Assembly: GCA_963735875.1 (NCBI GenBank)
Contig: CAVTMO010000007.1
Coordinates: forward strand, 449,783 to 513,782
Direction: 5' to 3'
DNA: 64,000 nt
Source of the DNA: an uncultured Acidobacteriota bacterium
GTDB taxonomy: Bacteria > Acidobacteriota > Vicinamibacteria > Vicinamibacterales > UBA2999
How positions within the stretch are numbered: the stretch's first letter is position 1; every line of letters begins with the position of its first letter. Below the pieces are notes generated by a model. The model saw only the letters and a list, made by a program, of their open reading frames with translations. It was not told where the DNA came from and did no database searches. A program made the translations under genes and the position numbers. Shown piece after piece: positions 26,956 to 36,372 of this stretch.

Positions 26956-29950
26956 TCAGAACGCGAACCGGACTCCGAACTGTACCGAGCGCGGGAAGCC
27001 GCTGCCGCCGCGCAGGTTGGTCAGGACCAGGAAGGTGGCGGGCGTCCGCTGGTCGGAGGCCGCCAGCGTCGGGTTGTCGAAGTTGGTGCGGTTGGTCAGG
27101 TTGAAGACGTCGACGAACGCCTCGAGTCGTGCGCTCCTGGATCCGCTTCCGCCATCCGGCCCGCAGATCGAGCTGGAAGTAGTCGGGGCCGTAGGCGCCG
27201 TTGCGCCCGCCCTCGTACTCGACGTCCTTCAGCCCGTTGTCGCCGAGGCCGCTGTAGGTGCCGGCGGGCACCGGGTCGTCGAGCTGGCCGTTCTGATCGA
27301 CGTCGACGTTGCTGTTGAAGATGGTGTACGGCGAGCCGGTCATGTAGCGCATGGTCGCCGCCAGGGTCATGCCGAAGGTCTTGGGCACCTCGACGCGGCT
27401 GGCCACCGAGAGGATGTGCCGCCGATCCACCAGGCGTCGGCCCCTCGCGCTTGTCGAGGTTCAGGTCGGTGAGGAACTGATCGGTGTTGCGGTCGGCCTG
27501 GTCGGTGGCCGTGCCGCGCGACTTCGACAGCGAGTACGAGACGCGCCCCGACCAGCGGTTGGCGTAGCGCTTCTCGAGCTGCAGGTTGAGCGCGTCGTAG
27601 GTCGACTCGCCGGTGTTCTCGAACGCCCACACCTGCTGCTTGTAGTTGACGGCATCGGCGCCGAAGAGGCCGAAGGCGTCGACGCGGGTGATGGCGCCGG
27701 TGCGGGTCGTGTCGGCGCGCACCTGCGGCAGCAGGTTGCGCGACAGGAACATGTCGCGGTTCATGATCCGCACGTAGTCGACGTGCAGGGCCAGCGACGA
27801 CGCCAGCTCGCGCACGTAGCCGACGGTCATCTGATGGGCGTAGGGCTGGCGCCGGTCCGGCGTGTCGTAGATCACGACGCCGGTGTTGCGCAGCATCGAC
27901 CCGGGCGGATACAGCTGGTCGAGCAGCGCGCGGTTCACCACCGGGCCGTTGACCAGGAACGGATCGGTCGGGAACTGCCCGCGGCCCGGCCCGGGATCGG
28001 CGCTGTCGTTGGGGAAGCTGGCGACGATCGACGGCGTGAACTTCGGGAACTCGAGGGTGTCGTCGATGGCGCCGAGCAGCGTGCGGTTGTAGAAGATGCC
28101 GTAGCCGGCGCGGACCAGCGACTTGCCGGCGTCGTCGAGCTGCCGGGTGAAGCCGATGCGCGGCGAGAAGTTGTTGGCGTCGACGTGCGTCCCCTCGCCG
28201 GGCGCGAAGAGCGGGTTGTCGCCCGGGTCGACGTCGGGGAAGAGCTCCAGGTCGTAGCGCAGTCCGAGGCTCAGGGTGGTGTTGTCGCCCATCTGCCACT
28301 TGTCCTGCGCGTAGACCTCGACGCTGTGGTTGGTCATCGTCTCGTCATACGCGTTGGGGATGCGGATGGTGAGGCGCTCGGGATAGGTGCCGCGGATTGG
28401 CGGCGTCGAACGGCAGGTCGGTGTTGAAGCGGAAGGTGCCGTTCTGGTTGATCTGCGACACGCGCCGCAGCTCGGTCCAGTTGTAGCGCGCGCCGATCTT
28501 CAGGTTGTGGTCGCCCCGCTTGCCGGGCACGAACCACGAGAAGCTGTCCTCGACCTGGTAGTTCTGGTCCCACGGCCCCTGCGATTCGGTGCTGGCGCCG
28601 GTGAGGAAGCTGATGTTGTCGAGCTGCGGCGCGCACAGCGCCTGGTTGCCGGAATCCTCTTCACCGAACTCGAACCCCTCCCAGCTGTCGCCGCCGCCCT
28701 GGGCGCGCGAGCAGTCGTTGCCGTGCCACCAGTGCTCCCAGGTCTTGGCGAAGCGGAAGGTGTTGACCTTGGTGCCGCCCAGCACGCTGGTGAAGGTGAA
28801 CGACGGCGGTCTGATCGAGGTCGGTCTCGTCCTGGAACGTGTCCAGCGTCGAGCGGTTGACGACGATCGGGTACTGCGGCGCCAGCTCGCGCAGCCACCG
28901 CACCGCCCAGGTGTGGTTGGCGCTGATCTGATGGTCGAAGCGGATCAGCGTGTTCCAGTCGTTGCGGTCCTCGACGATCGAGAAGTCGAGTGACGGCCGG
29001 GTCGGGTAGACCCGGGTGCGGTTCGGCTTGTCGACCTGGCGCTCGAGGCTGACGAAGAAGTGCATCTTGTTCTTGATGATCGGTCCGCCCAGCACGAAGC
29101 CCCACTCGCGCTTCTCGACCTCCGCCTTCGGCAGCCCGCCCTGGTCGGCGAAGTAGTCCTTCTCGGTCAGGGCGTTGCTGACCATGTAGCCGAACACCAC
29201 GCCCGAGAACTTGTTGGTGCCGCTCTTGGTCACGGCGTTGACGATGGCGCCGCCGGCCCGTCCGTACTCGGCCTCGTACATGCTGGTGATCACTTCGAAC
29301 TCTTGGATGGCCTCGAGCGGCGTGCGCACCTGGGCGCCCGAGCTGGTGCCCAGGGCGTCGTCGCCGTTGTAGCCGCCGTCGACCGAGACGTTGTTGTTCT
29401 GGTTCGACTGGCCGTTCGAGACGATGGTGTCGTTGCCCATCTGCGTCGACGGCGAGAACTGGACGCCCGGCAGCAGGGCCACCGTGGCGAAGTAGTTGCG
29501 GTTCATCGCCGGCAGTTCGGCCAGCTCGCCGGTGCCGATGTTGCCGCCGACGTCGGTGGCGGTGAGGTCGATGAGCGGACTGGCGCCGGTGACCGTCACC
29601 GATTCCGCCAGCGAGCCGATCGCCAGGGTGAGGTTGACGGTGAGCGTGGTGCCGACGGCGACGATCAGGCCGCGGCGCTCGAAGGCGCGGAACCCTTCGA
29701 GCTTGGCGACGATCGCGTAGCGGCCCGGCACCATCGAGGCCAGGTGGTAGACGCCCTCGGCGCTGGTCGTGGCCTCGCGGAACTGCCCGCTGTCTTCGTT
29801 GGTGACGACGATGGCCACGCCGGGGAGGGCGGCGCCTTGTTCATCCATGGCCCGGCCGGTGATTTCCGACGTCCCCTGCTGGGCGAACGCCGGCACCCCC
29901 GCACCGGCCATCGTGATGGTGAGACTCACGCCGACAAGGAACTTGCGCAT
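26956..29950 (-). pseudogene. TonB-dependent receptor with CarboxypepD_reg-like N-domain, at least 4 frameshifts
   Basis: N-terminus with signal peptide and ITGRAMDEQGAALPGVAIVVTN. The C-terminal barrel ends in GGSGFPRSVQFGVRFAF. The reading frame changes near 28800, 28380, 27440 and 27135. Confidence 0.7.
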
Positions 29951-30014
29951 TGGCCGACCTCCTGGATGTGGTGCGGACCTGCACGAAGCGATGCCGAAAC
30001 GACGGGACTAAGGC

Positions 30015-30977
30015 CTAATCGACGCGGAGACTAGCACAACGACCGGGCGCCTGCCGGGCCAATGCCGGCACCGCCGGCGGCGGCGCAGGCACCCGCCGGG
30101 TCGGCCCGGAGGGTGCGGCCAGCTGTCCGGTAATGACCGCGCCGGCGGCTCTGGCCCTACCGGTGATGGCCAGCGCGACCGCGCCGGCGGGGAGCCCCTC
30201 GACGCGCGCGCTCCACCGTTCGCCGGCGGCGATGGGCTGCGACTCGGTGAGGGTGCCGGTGCTGACGAGGTCGCCGGCGCCAAGTGGCGGCAGGCCCTGA
30301 CGGGCCCGCGCGGAGGCCAGCTCCGCCAGGCACAGCGCCGGACTGCGGAGCACGTTCTTGCCGCCGCCCTGCGCCATCACCGCGTCGTCCCTGGAGAGCG
30401 TCACCGTGAAGGCGGACAGCTGGTCGGCCAGGGCCTGGAGCGTGTCGGTCGCCGGACGCCACGGCTCACCGACGACCAGCGCGGCGTGCAGCCCGTAGGC
30501 GGCGACGAAGTCGGCCGGCTGGAATTTCCATCCGGCGTACGGGCAGTCGATGATCTCGAACCCCAGCGCCAGCCACTCGACGTGGCCGAGCACTGCCACC
30601 GGATCGGTGAGCCCGCCGGCAGCGGCGAGGCGAGCCGGACGACGATCTCGGGCTCGATCTTCGGCGCGATCATCCGGCCGATGTCGAGCGACGCCTCGAC
30701 CGCCGCTGGCGAACCGGACCGTGTCGTCGTACATCGACGCCCAGGCCAGCGTCTCGAGCTTCAGCGCGCGCCACACCGCCTTGTTGGCGTAGCCGGCCTT
30801 CACGCCGGCCACGCGGTGTCCGGCGGCGACGCGCCGGCGCGTCAGCTCGGCTTCCACCGCGTAGGCCGTCGTCAGATCCAACCCACCGTCACGGGCGGAT
30901 GGGGCCACCTCGATGGGCGTCTTCGTGCCGTATGCCGCCGCGATCTCGTCGGCGAGCTGCTCGACGGCCGCCGGCAC
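30015..30977 (-). pseudogene. 2-keto-4-pentenoate hydratase (MhpD/HpcG) family, local double frameshift and probable lost stop
   Basis: GVKAGYANKAVW, LGFEIIDCPY and DLVSTGTLT are in the main frame. The conserved IAPKIEPEIVVRLA segment (about 30600-30680) is in another frame. The ORF runs about 45 codons past the homologous end. The GTG start overlaps the MFS stop. Confidence 0.55.
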
Positions 30978-32218
30978 TACTTGGCCACCGCCGGCACGGC
31001 CACGGTGCTGGTAGTGCTTGGCCGAACCGCCTTCAGGTGCACCGCCAAGGCCGCGGCAACCAGGGCCATGACCGCGCTCCCATACAGGCACGTCGTCCAG
31101 CTACCGGTCTGCTCGTAGAGCATGGTGGCGATCCAGCCGCCGATGATCGAGGCCACGCCCTTGGCGGTGTAGAGCACGGCGTAGTTCGACGTCGCGTGCT
31201 TCGTACCGAAGTAGTCGGCCGACGTCGCCGGGAACAGCGAGTAGATCTGGCCCCACGTGAAGTAGACGAGCACCATCGTCACCGAGAACATCACTGCTGA
31301 TGTCGAGCCGACGGCGACGACGAGGAACAGCGAGATCGCCTGCAACACAAAGGTCAGGATCATCGTGTTCTCGCGCCCCATCCTGTCCGACACCGCGCCC
31401 CAGGTGATGCGACTGGCGCCGTTGGCCAGCGGGCTGAGCGTGGCAGCCCACGTGAGGGCCGTCGCCGAGAGACTCCAGGTCCGCGCTATCGGCGCGAGGT
31501 TCGCGGTGACGAGCAGCCCCCCAGTCGCCATCAGCACGAACATCACGTACATCTGATAGAACCGAGGCGTTCGAAGGACCTCGAGGGTCGTGAAGTGGCG
31601 CTTGGTCGACGGCGGGGTCGCGCCGACTCTCTGGGCAGCAGCCGGGGCTGCCGGCTCGGCCGGCGGGTGGCGTAGGAACTGGGCGACGATGGTGATGACG
31701 AGGCCCTGCAGGATGCCGGTCGTGATGAAGGCCTGCTGGTAGCCGCTGCTCGCGATGATCGACGAGATCAGCGGGATGAAGAGCGCCGTGCCGCCGCCAA
31801 AGCCGGCGGCCATGATGCCCGAGGCCAGGCCGCGCTTGTCCTTGAACCACTTGAGCGCCGATCCGATCGATCCGCTGTAGACGAACGCCGCGCCGGTGCC
31901 CGCCAGGCAGTAGAGCGCATAGAGCATCGGCAGCGACGTGGCGTAGGCCATGCCGGCCCACCCGAGGCCGCACAGGACGCCCGCGGCGGTGATGAACCAA
32001 CGCGGGCCGAGCTTGTCGATGAGCCAGCCGTCGAGCGGCTGTACCCACGTCTGGAACAGGATGAAGAGCGTGAACGCCAGCTGGATCTCCGAGAGCCTCC
32101 AGCCCGTACTGGCCTGCAGCGGCGGGACGAACAGCGTCCAGGCGTACTGCAGGTTGGCGATCATGATCATCGCCACGAGCGACGCGCCGAGCTGGAACCA
32201 GCGACTGTTCACGTTCAC
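30977..32218 (-). CDS. MFS transporter, oxalate/formate antiporter (OFA) family-like
   Basis: 12-TM MFS pattern. N-terminus RWFQLGASLVAMIMIANLQYAWTLFVPPL is typical of OFA-type MFS. Confidence 0.7.
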   Translation of the reverse strand: MNVNSRWFQLGASLVAMIMIANLQYAWTLFVPPLQASTGWRLSEIQLAFTLFILFQTWVQPLDGWLIDKLGPRWFITAAGVLCGLGWAGMAYATSLPMLYALYCLAGTGAAFVYSGSIGSALKWFKDKRGLASGIMAAGFGGGTALFIPLISSIIASSGYQQAFITTGILQGLVITIVAQFLRHPPAEPAAPAAAQRVGATPPSTKRHFTTLEVLRTPRFYQMYVMFVLMATGGLLVTANLAPIARTWSLSATALTWAATLSPLANGASRITWGAVSDRMGRENTMILTFVLQAISLFLVVAVGSTSAVMFSVTMVLVYFTWGQIYSLFPATSADYFGTKHATSNYAVLYTAKGVASIIGGWIATMLYEQTGSWTTCLYGSAVMALVAAALAVHLKAVRPSTTSTVAVPAVAK

Positions 32219-32231
32219 GGACCGCCTCCCC

Positions 32232-32345
32232 GGCAGAGCTGAAGCTCTGCCCTACGTACTGCCACGCCCCTCACATGTAGGGCAGCTCTTTAGAGCTGCC
32301 TCGCTCGGCCGCCTCGCGGCGGAGCTGAAGCTCCGCCCTACGTAC
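32232..32345. repeat. Cluster of three REP-like hairpin repeats
   Basis: GGCAGAGCTGAAGCTCTGCCCTACGTAC (32232-32259), GTAGGGCAGCTCTTTAGAGCTGCC (32277-32300) and GGCGGAGCTGAAGCTCCGCCCTACGTAC (32318-32345). Confidence 0.85.
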
Positions 32346-32419
32346 CGCCAGCCATCACCGTCGTTGTCGCCGGCGCTTCGCGTGTCCACCCCCGCACCGG
32401 CGCCCGCTGTCCGCGGTGC

Positions 32420-33376
32420 TCATCCAGCAGCTTGGCGCAGGCATACACCGCGCGCGTCGCCGGCATCGCCACGCCCGAGTCGTTCACCCAGTTCCACCAC
32501 CGCGCCGACCACCGCCTCGAGCTCCATCGGCCGCCCGGCCTCCCAGTCCTGGAGCATCGAGGTCTTGTGCGCGCCGACCTTCTCGGCGCCGGCCATGCGC
32601 TGGTCGATCGAGATCGGCAGCTCGATACCGAGCTTGGCGGCCACCGCTTCGGTCTCGGCCATCAGCGTGCGGACCAGCGCCGACACCTCGGGATGCCGCG
32701 CCAGTTCCTCGAGCGTGCCGCCGGTGAGCGCGCTGATCGGGTTGAAGGCGACGTTGCCCAGCAGCTTCACCCAGATCTCGTGGCGGAAGCGCGGGCTGAC
32801 CGGGCAGCGCAGACCGGCGGCGATCAGCGCCTCGGCGATGGCGCGCGCACGCTCCGACTTGCTGCCGTCGGGCTCGCCGAAACTGATCCGGTTGCCCTCG
32901 GTGTGATGAATCACCCCCGGTTCGGCGACGTCGGTGGAGAAGTAGGCCAGCGACCCGACGACGCGGCGATGGTCGATGGCCGCGGCGATGACGCCGCCGG
33001 GATCGACCCGCTCCAGCCGGAGGTTGTCGAGCTCGCCGCCGACGTTCTGGAAGTACCACCACGGGATGCCGTTCTGGGTGCTGACGACGACGGTGTCGGG
33101 ACCGAACAGCGGCCCGAGGGTGGGCGCCAGCGCGGTCAGCGCGTGGGCCTTGACCCCGAGGAACACGACGTCGGCGTGGCCGATCGTCGCCAGGTCGCCG
33201 GTGACCTCGGGCCGCACCTCGAACTGCTCCTCGGCGCCGGTCACGCGCAGGCCCCGTTCCTGCATCGCCTTCAGGTGCGGACCGCGGGCGAAGAGCACGA
33301 CGTCGGCGCCGGCCCGCGCCAGCTTCGCGCCGAGATACCCGCCGATGGCGCCAGCGCCGGCGATGACGATTCTCAC
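32420..33376 (-). CDS. 2-dehydropantoate 2-reductase family (PanE/ApbA-like) NAD(P)H oxidoreductase
   Basis: MRIVIAGAGAIGGYLGAKLA Rossmann N-terminus and the KTSMLQD motif typical of ketopantoate reductases. Confidence 0.75.
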   Translation of the reverse strand: MRIVIAGAGAIGGYLGAKLARAGADVVLFARGPHLKAMQERGLRVTGAEEQFEVRPEVTGDLATIGHADVVFLGVKAHALTALAPTLGPLFGPDTVVVSTQNGIPWWYFQNVGGELDNLRLERVDPGGVIAAAIDHRRVVGSLAYFSTDVAEPGVIHHTEGNRISFGEPDGSKSERARAIAEALIAAGLRCPVSPRFRHEIWVKLLGNVAFNPISALTGGTLEELARHPEVSALVRTLMAETEAVAAKLGIELPISIDQRMAGAEKVGAHKTSMLQDWEAGRPMELEAVVGAVVELGERLGRGDAGDARGVCLRQAAG

Positions 33377-33382
33377 GGGCGG

Positions 33383-34897
33383 CTAGGACGGCGGCGCGAA
33401 GGCCTGCGCGACGATGCGGCGCTGGATCTTGCCGGTGGCGGTGCGCGGGATCGCCTCGGTGATGTGGATCTGCTTCGGCCGCTTGAACTCGGCCAGCTGC
33501 TCCTTGCAGAACGCCAGCAGCTCGGCCTCGGTGGCGGTGCCCTTCAGCGTGACCGCCGCCGCCACCTCTTCGCCCCACATCTTGTGCGGCACGCCGAAGC
33601 ACACCGCCTCGCCCACCGCCGGGTGCGTCAGCAGCACCTCGTCGATCTCGCGCGGCGAGATCTTCTCGCCGCCGCGGTTGATCATCTCCTTCAGCCGGCC
33701 GGAGAGCGTCAGGTAGCCCTCGGCGTCGAGGAAGCCCTGGTCGCCGGTGCGGAACCAGCCGTCGAAGAACGCCGTGGCATTGGCCTCGGGGTTGTTCTCG
33801 TAGCCCTTCACCACGTTGGGGCCCCAGATGCACACCTCGCCGCGCTCGCCGGCAGCCACTTCCGTGCCGTTCCCGTCGCGGATGCTGATGCCGACATTGG
33901 TGCCCGGGCCAACGGCGCCCGGCTTGCGCGCGCTCGGCGGCAGCGGATTGGAGGCCATCTGGTGCGCCGCCTCGGTCATGCCGTAGGCCTCGAGCACCGG
34001 CGCGCCGAAGGCGGCTTCGAGGTCGTGCATCACCTGCGGCGGCAGCGACGCGCTGCACGAGCGGATGAAGCGCAGCTTCTCGGCGCCGGCGGGCTTGGCC
34101 GCGCCGGCTTCGACGCGGGCCAGCAGCAGCTGGTGGATGGTCGGCACCGCCGAGTACCACGTGGCCTCGTACTCCTTGGCGATGCGCCAGAACGACAGCG
34201 GGCTGAACTTGCCGGGCACCACCACCGTGCCGCCGGTGGCGAGGGTGGCCAGCGTCGAGGCGACCAGCCCGTGGACGTGGAAGAGCGGCATCACGCATAG
34301 CGACACGTCATCGGACGTGAGCGCATAGGTGGCGGCGACGTTGTGCGCCGAGATGGTCAGGTTGGCGTGGCTGAGCGGCACCCGCTTGGGCCGCCCGGTG
34401 CTGCCGCTGGTGTGGAGGATGAGCGCCACGTCGTCCACCGACGGCGGGTCGTAGCGCCCGCCCAGCGGCTTGCCGCCGAGGGTGAGCGTGCCGGTGGCAC
34501 CCATCTCCACGTTGAGGATCGGTACCGTGCCGGCGGCGTTGCGGGCCTCGTCGAGGCCGTCGGGTGGCAGCAGCAGCACCTTGGCGCTGGTGTCCTCGAG
34601 GAAGAAGCGGAACTCCTCTTCCTTGTAGCCGGGGTTGAGCGGCGCCGCCGTGCCGGCTTCGGCCGCGGCCAGGAACGCCACGATCGTGGGCAGGCCGTTG
34701 GGCAGCGCCATGCCGACGCGATCGCCGCGGCCGATCCCGGCGGCGGCCAGGGCTCCGGCGAAGCCGGTCACCTGCTCCCGCAGCTGACGATACGAGATGC
34801 GGACGTTCTGATCCGGCAGGGCGATGGCCGTCCGCTCGTCGGGGGCCGAGGCGAACAGGCCGAGCAGGGTGGTGGGTGTCGGCTGAGCGGGCGTCAT
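33383..34897 (-). CDS. AMP-forming acyl-CoA synthetase (AAE3/Pcs60-like; oxalate-CoA ligase is one possibility)
   Basis: ANL motifs ILHTSGSTGRPKRV, YGMTE, FRTGDQG and GKIQR. YKEEEFRFFLEDTSAKVLL resembles oxalyl-CoA synthetases (judged from memory). Confidence 0.8.
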   Translation of the reverse strand: MTPAQPTPTTLLGLFASAPDERTAIALPDQNVRISYRQLREQVTGFAGALAAAGIGRGDRVGMALPNGLPTIVAFLAAAEAGTAAPLNPGYKEEEFRFFLEDTSAKVLLLPPDGLDEARNAAGTVPILNVEMGATGTLTLGGKPLGGRYDPPSVDDVALILHTSGSTGRPKRVPLSHANLTISAHNVAATYALTSDDVSLCVMPLFHVHGLVASTLATLATGGTVVVPGKFSPLSFWRIAKEYEATWYSAVPTIHQLLLARVEAGAAKPAGAEKLRFIRSCSASLPPQVMHDLEAAFGAPVLEAYGMTEAAHQMASNPLPPSARKPGAVGPGTNVGISIRDGNGTEVAAGERGEVCIWGPNVVKGYENNPEANATAFFDGWFRTGDQGFLDAEGYLTLSGRLKEMINRGGEKISPREIDEVLLTHPAVGEAVCFGVPHKMWGEEVAAAVTLKGTATEAELLAFCKEQLAEFKRPKQIHITEAIPRTATGKIQRRIVAQAFAPPS

Positions 34898-34976
34898 AGC
34901 GTTGCAATGTGCCTCACTCCACGCCTGCCGTCAATGCGGGGCACGCACTGATCGCATTCCCGGCGCTCGCCGGCCC

Positions 34977-36290
34977 CTACTGTGTGGCCGGCGCGGTCCG
35001 CAGCGGCTTGACCAGCAACGTGAGCACGAAGCCGACCACGAGCAGCCCGGCCAGTACCTGCAGCGGCAGGTCGTAGATGTGCACGCGGTCGCCGTCGGCC
35101 GGCAGCGCCGCCTTGGCGCGATTCGACAGCTCGGTGATGATCACCGGTCCCGCCAGCGCCGCACACGTCCACGCGGTGAGCAGCGCGCCGTGGATGGCGC
35201 CGACGTTGGCCGGGCCGAAGATGTCGGCCAGGAAAGCCGGAATCGTCGCGAAGCCGCCGCCGTACATCGTGAACACCACGAACAGGCTCAGCTGGAACAG
35301 CCACCACTCGCCGCGCGCCGCCAGGCCGGGGATGAGCAGGAAGAGCACCACCTGGGCGACGAAGAACACCGTGTAGGTGTTCCGCCGGCCGAGGTAGTCC
35401 GACCCCGACGCCCACAGGAACCGGCCGCCGGCGTTGAACAGGCTGATGATCGACACCACCGCCGCGGCCTCGGCCGGGGTGCGCGAGAACATGTCCTGCA
35501 TCATCGGCGAGGCCTGGGCCAGGATGCCGATGCCGGCGGTGACGTTGATGAAGAGGATGCCCCACAGCAGGTAGAACTGCGGTGTCCGGATCGCCTGGTC
35601 GCGCGACACGCTGGCGGTGGCGATCATCGGGTTGGCCTGGGCGCGCGGGGTCCAGCCGGGCGGCGCCCAGCCCGGCGGCGGCGCCTGCATCAGCCGCGAC
35701 CCCAGCAGCATGACGGCGAGGTAGATCGCCCCGAGCCCGGCCACGGTGTAGGCCACGCCGACCCGCTCCATCAGCGCGACGTTGAGATACCCGGCGATGA
35801 AGGCGCCGCCGCCGAAGCCCATGATGGCCATGCCGGTGGCCATCCCGCGCCGGTCGGGGAACCACTTCACCAGGGTGCTGACCGGCGAGATGTAGCCGAG
35901 GCCGCAGCCGATGCCGCCGACCACGCCCATGCCGAGGAAGACGAGGACGTTCTGCCGCAACAACAGCCCGAGGCCGCCGATGACCAGCCCGCTGCCGAAG
36001 AACAGCGCCGCCGCGGTGGCCGCCACGCGAGGGCCGCGGCGTTCCACCCACGGTCCGCCGAAGGCGGCGCTCAGTCCGAGCAGCATCAGCGCCGTCGTGA
36101 AGGTGGTATACGGCGGGCTGAACCACCACGCCGCGTCGGGGAAGAGCGCCTGGATCGGCCGGTTGAACGTGCTCCAGGCGTAGACCGAGCCGATGCAGAC
36201 GTGCACGAGGACGGCACCGACCGGCACCAGCCAGCGGTTGGGAGCAGGAGTCGGCATCGTCTGGGTGGCGCGCGTCGCGGGCGGCGCCAT
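34977..36290 (-). CDS. MFS transporter, OFA family-like (second copy)
   Basis: 12-TM pattern. N-terminus NRWLVPVGAVLVHVCIGSVYAWSTF is typical of OFA-type MFS. The alternative ATG at 36257 is possible. Confidence 0.7.
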   Translation of the reverse strand: MAPPATRATQTMPTPAPNRWLVPVGAVLVHVCIGSVYAWSTFNRPIQALFPDAAWWFSPPYTTFTTALMLLGLSAAFGGPWVERRGPRVAATAAALFFGSGLVIGGLGLLLRQNVLVFLGMGVVGGIGCGLGYISPVSTLVKWFPDRRGMATGMAIMGFGGGAFIAGYLNVALMERVGVAYTVAGLGAIYLAVMLLGSRLMQAPPPGWAPPGWTPRAQANPMIATASVSRDQAIRTPQFYLLWGILFINVTAGIGILAQASPMMQDMFSRTPAEAAAVVSIISLFNAGGRFLWASGSDYLGRRNTYTVFFVAQVVLFLLIPGLAARGEWWLFQLSLFVVFTMYGGGFATIPAFLADIFGPANVGAIHGALLTAWTCAALAGPVIITELSNRAKAALPADGDRVHIYDLPLQVLAGLLVVGFVLTLLVKPLRTAPATQ

Positions 36291-36309
36291 TCTATGCGAG
36301 CGGCCTCCT

Positions 36310-36356
36310 GGCGGAGCTAAAGCTCCGCCCTACTTCCACTGAAGCTCCGCCCTACG
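36310..36356. repeat. REP-like repeat plus adjacent partial copy
   Basis: GGCGGAGCTAAAGCTCCGCCCTAC (36310-36333) and CTGAAGCTCCGCCCTACG (36339-36356). Confidence 0.8.
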
Positions 36357-36372
36357 CCGAACCGAAGGCCGA

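Noticed and set aside
26956-29950. Programmed ribosomal frameshifting as an explanation for the split TonB receptor and other broken genes
   Set aside because: No slippery heptamers or consistent shift direction were seen. There are multiple breaks per gene, in genes that are never known to use recoding. Mutation or assembly error is far more likely.
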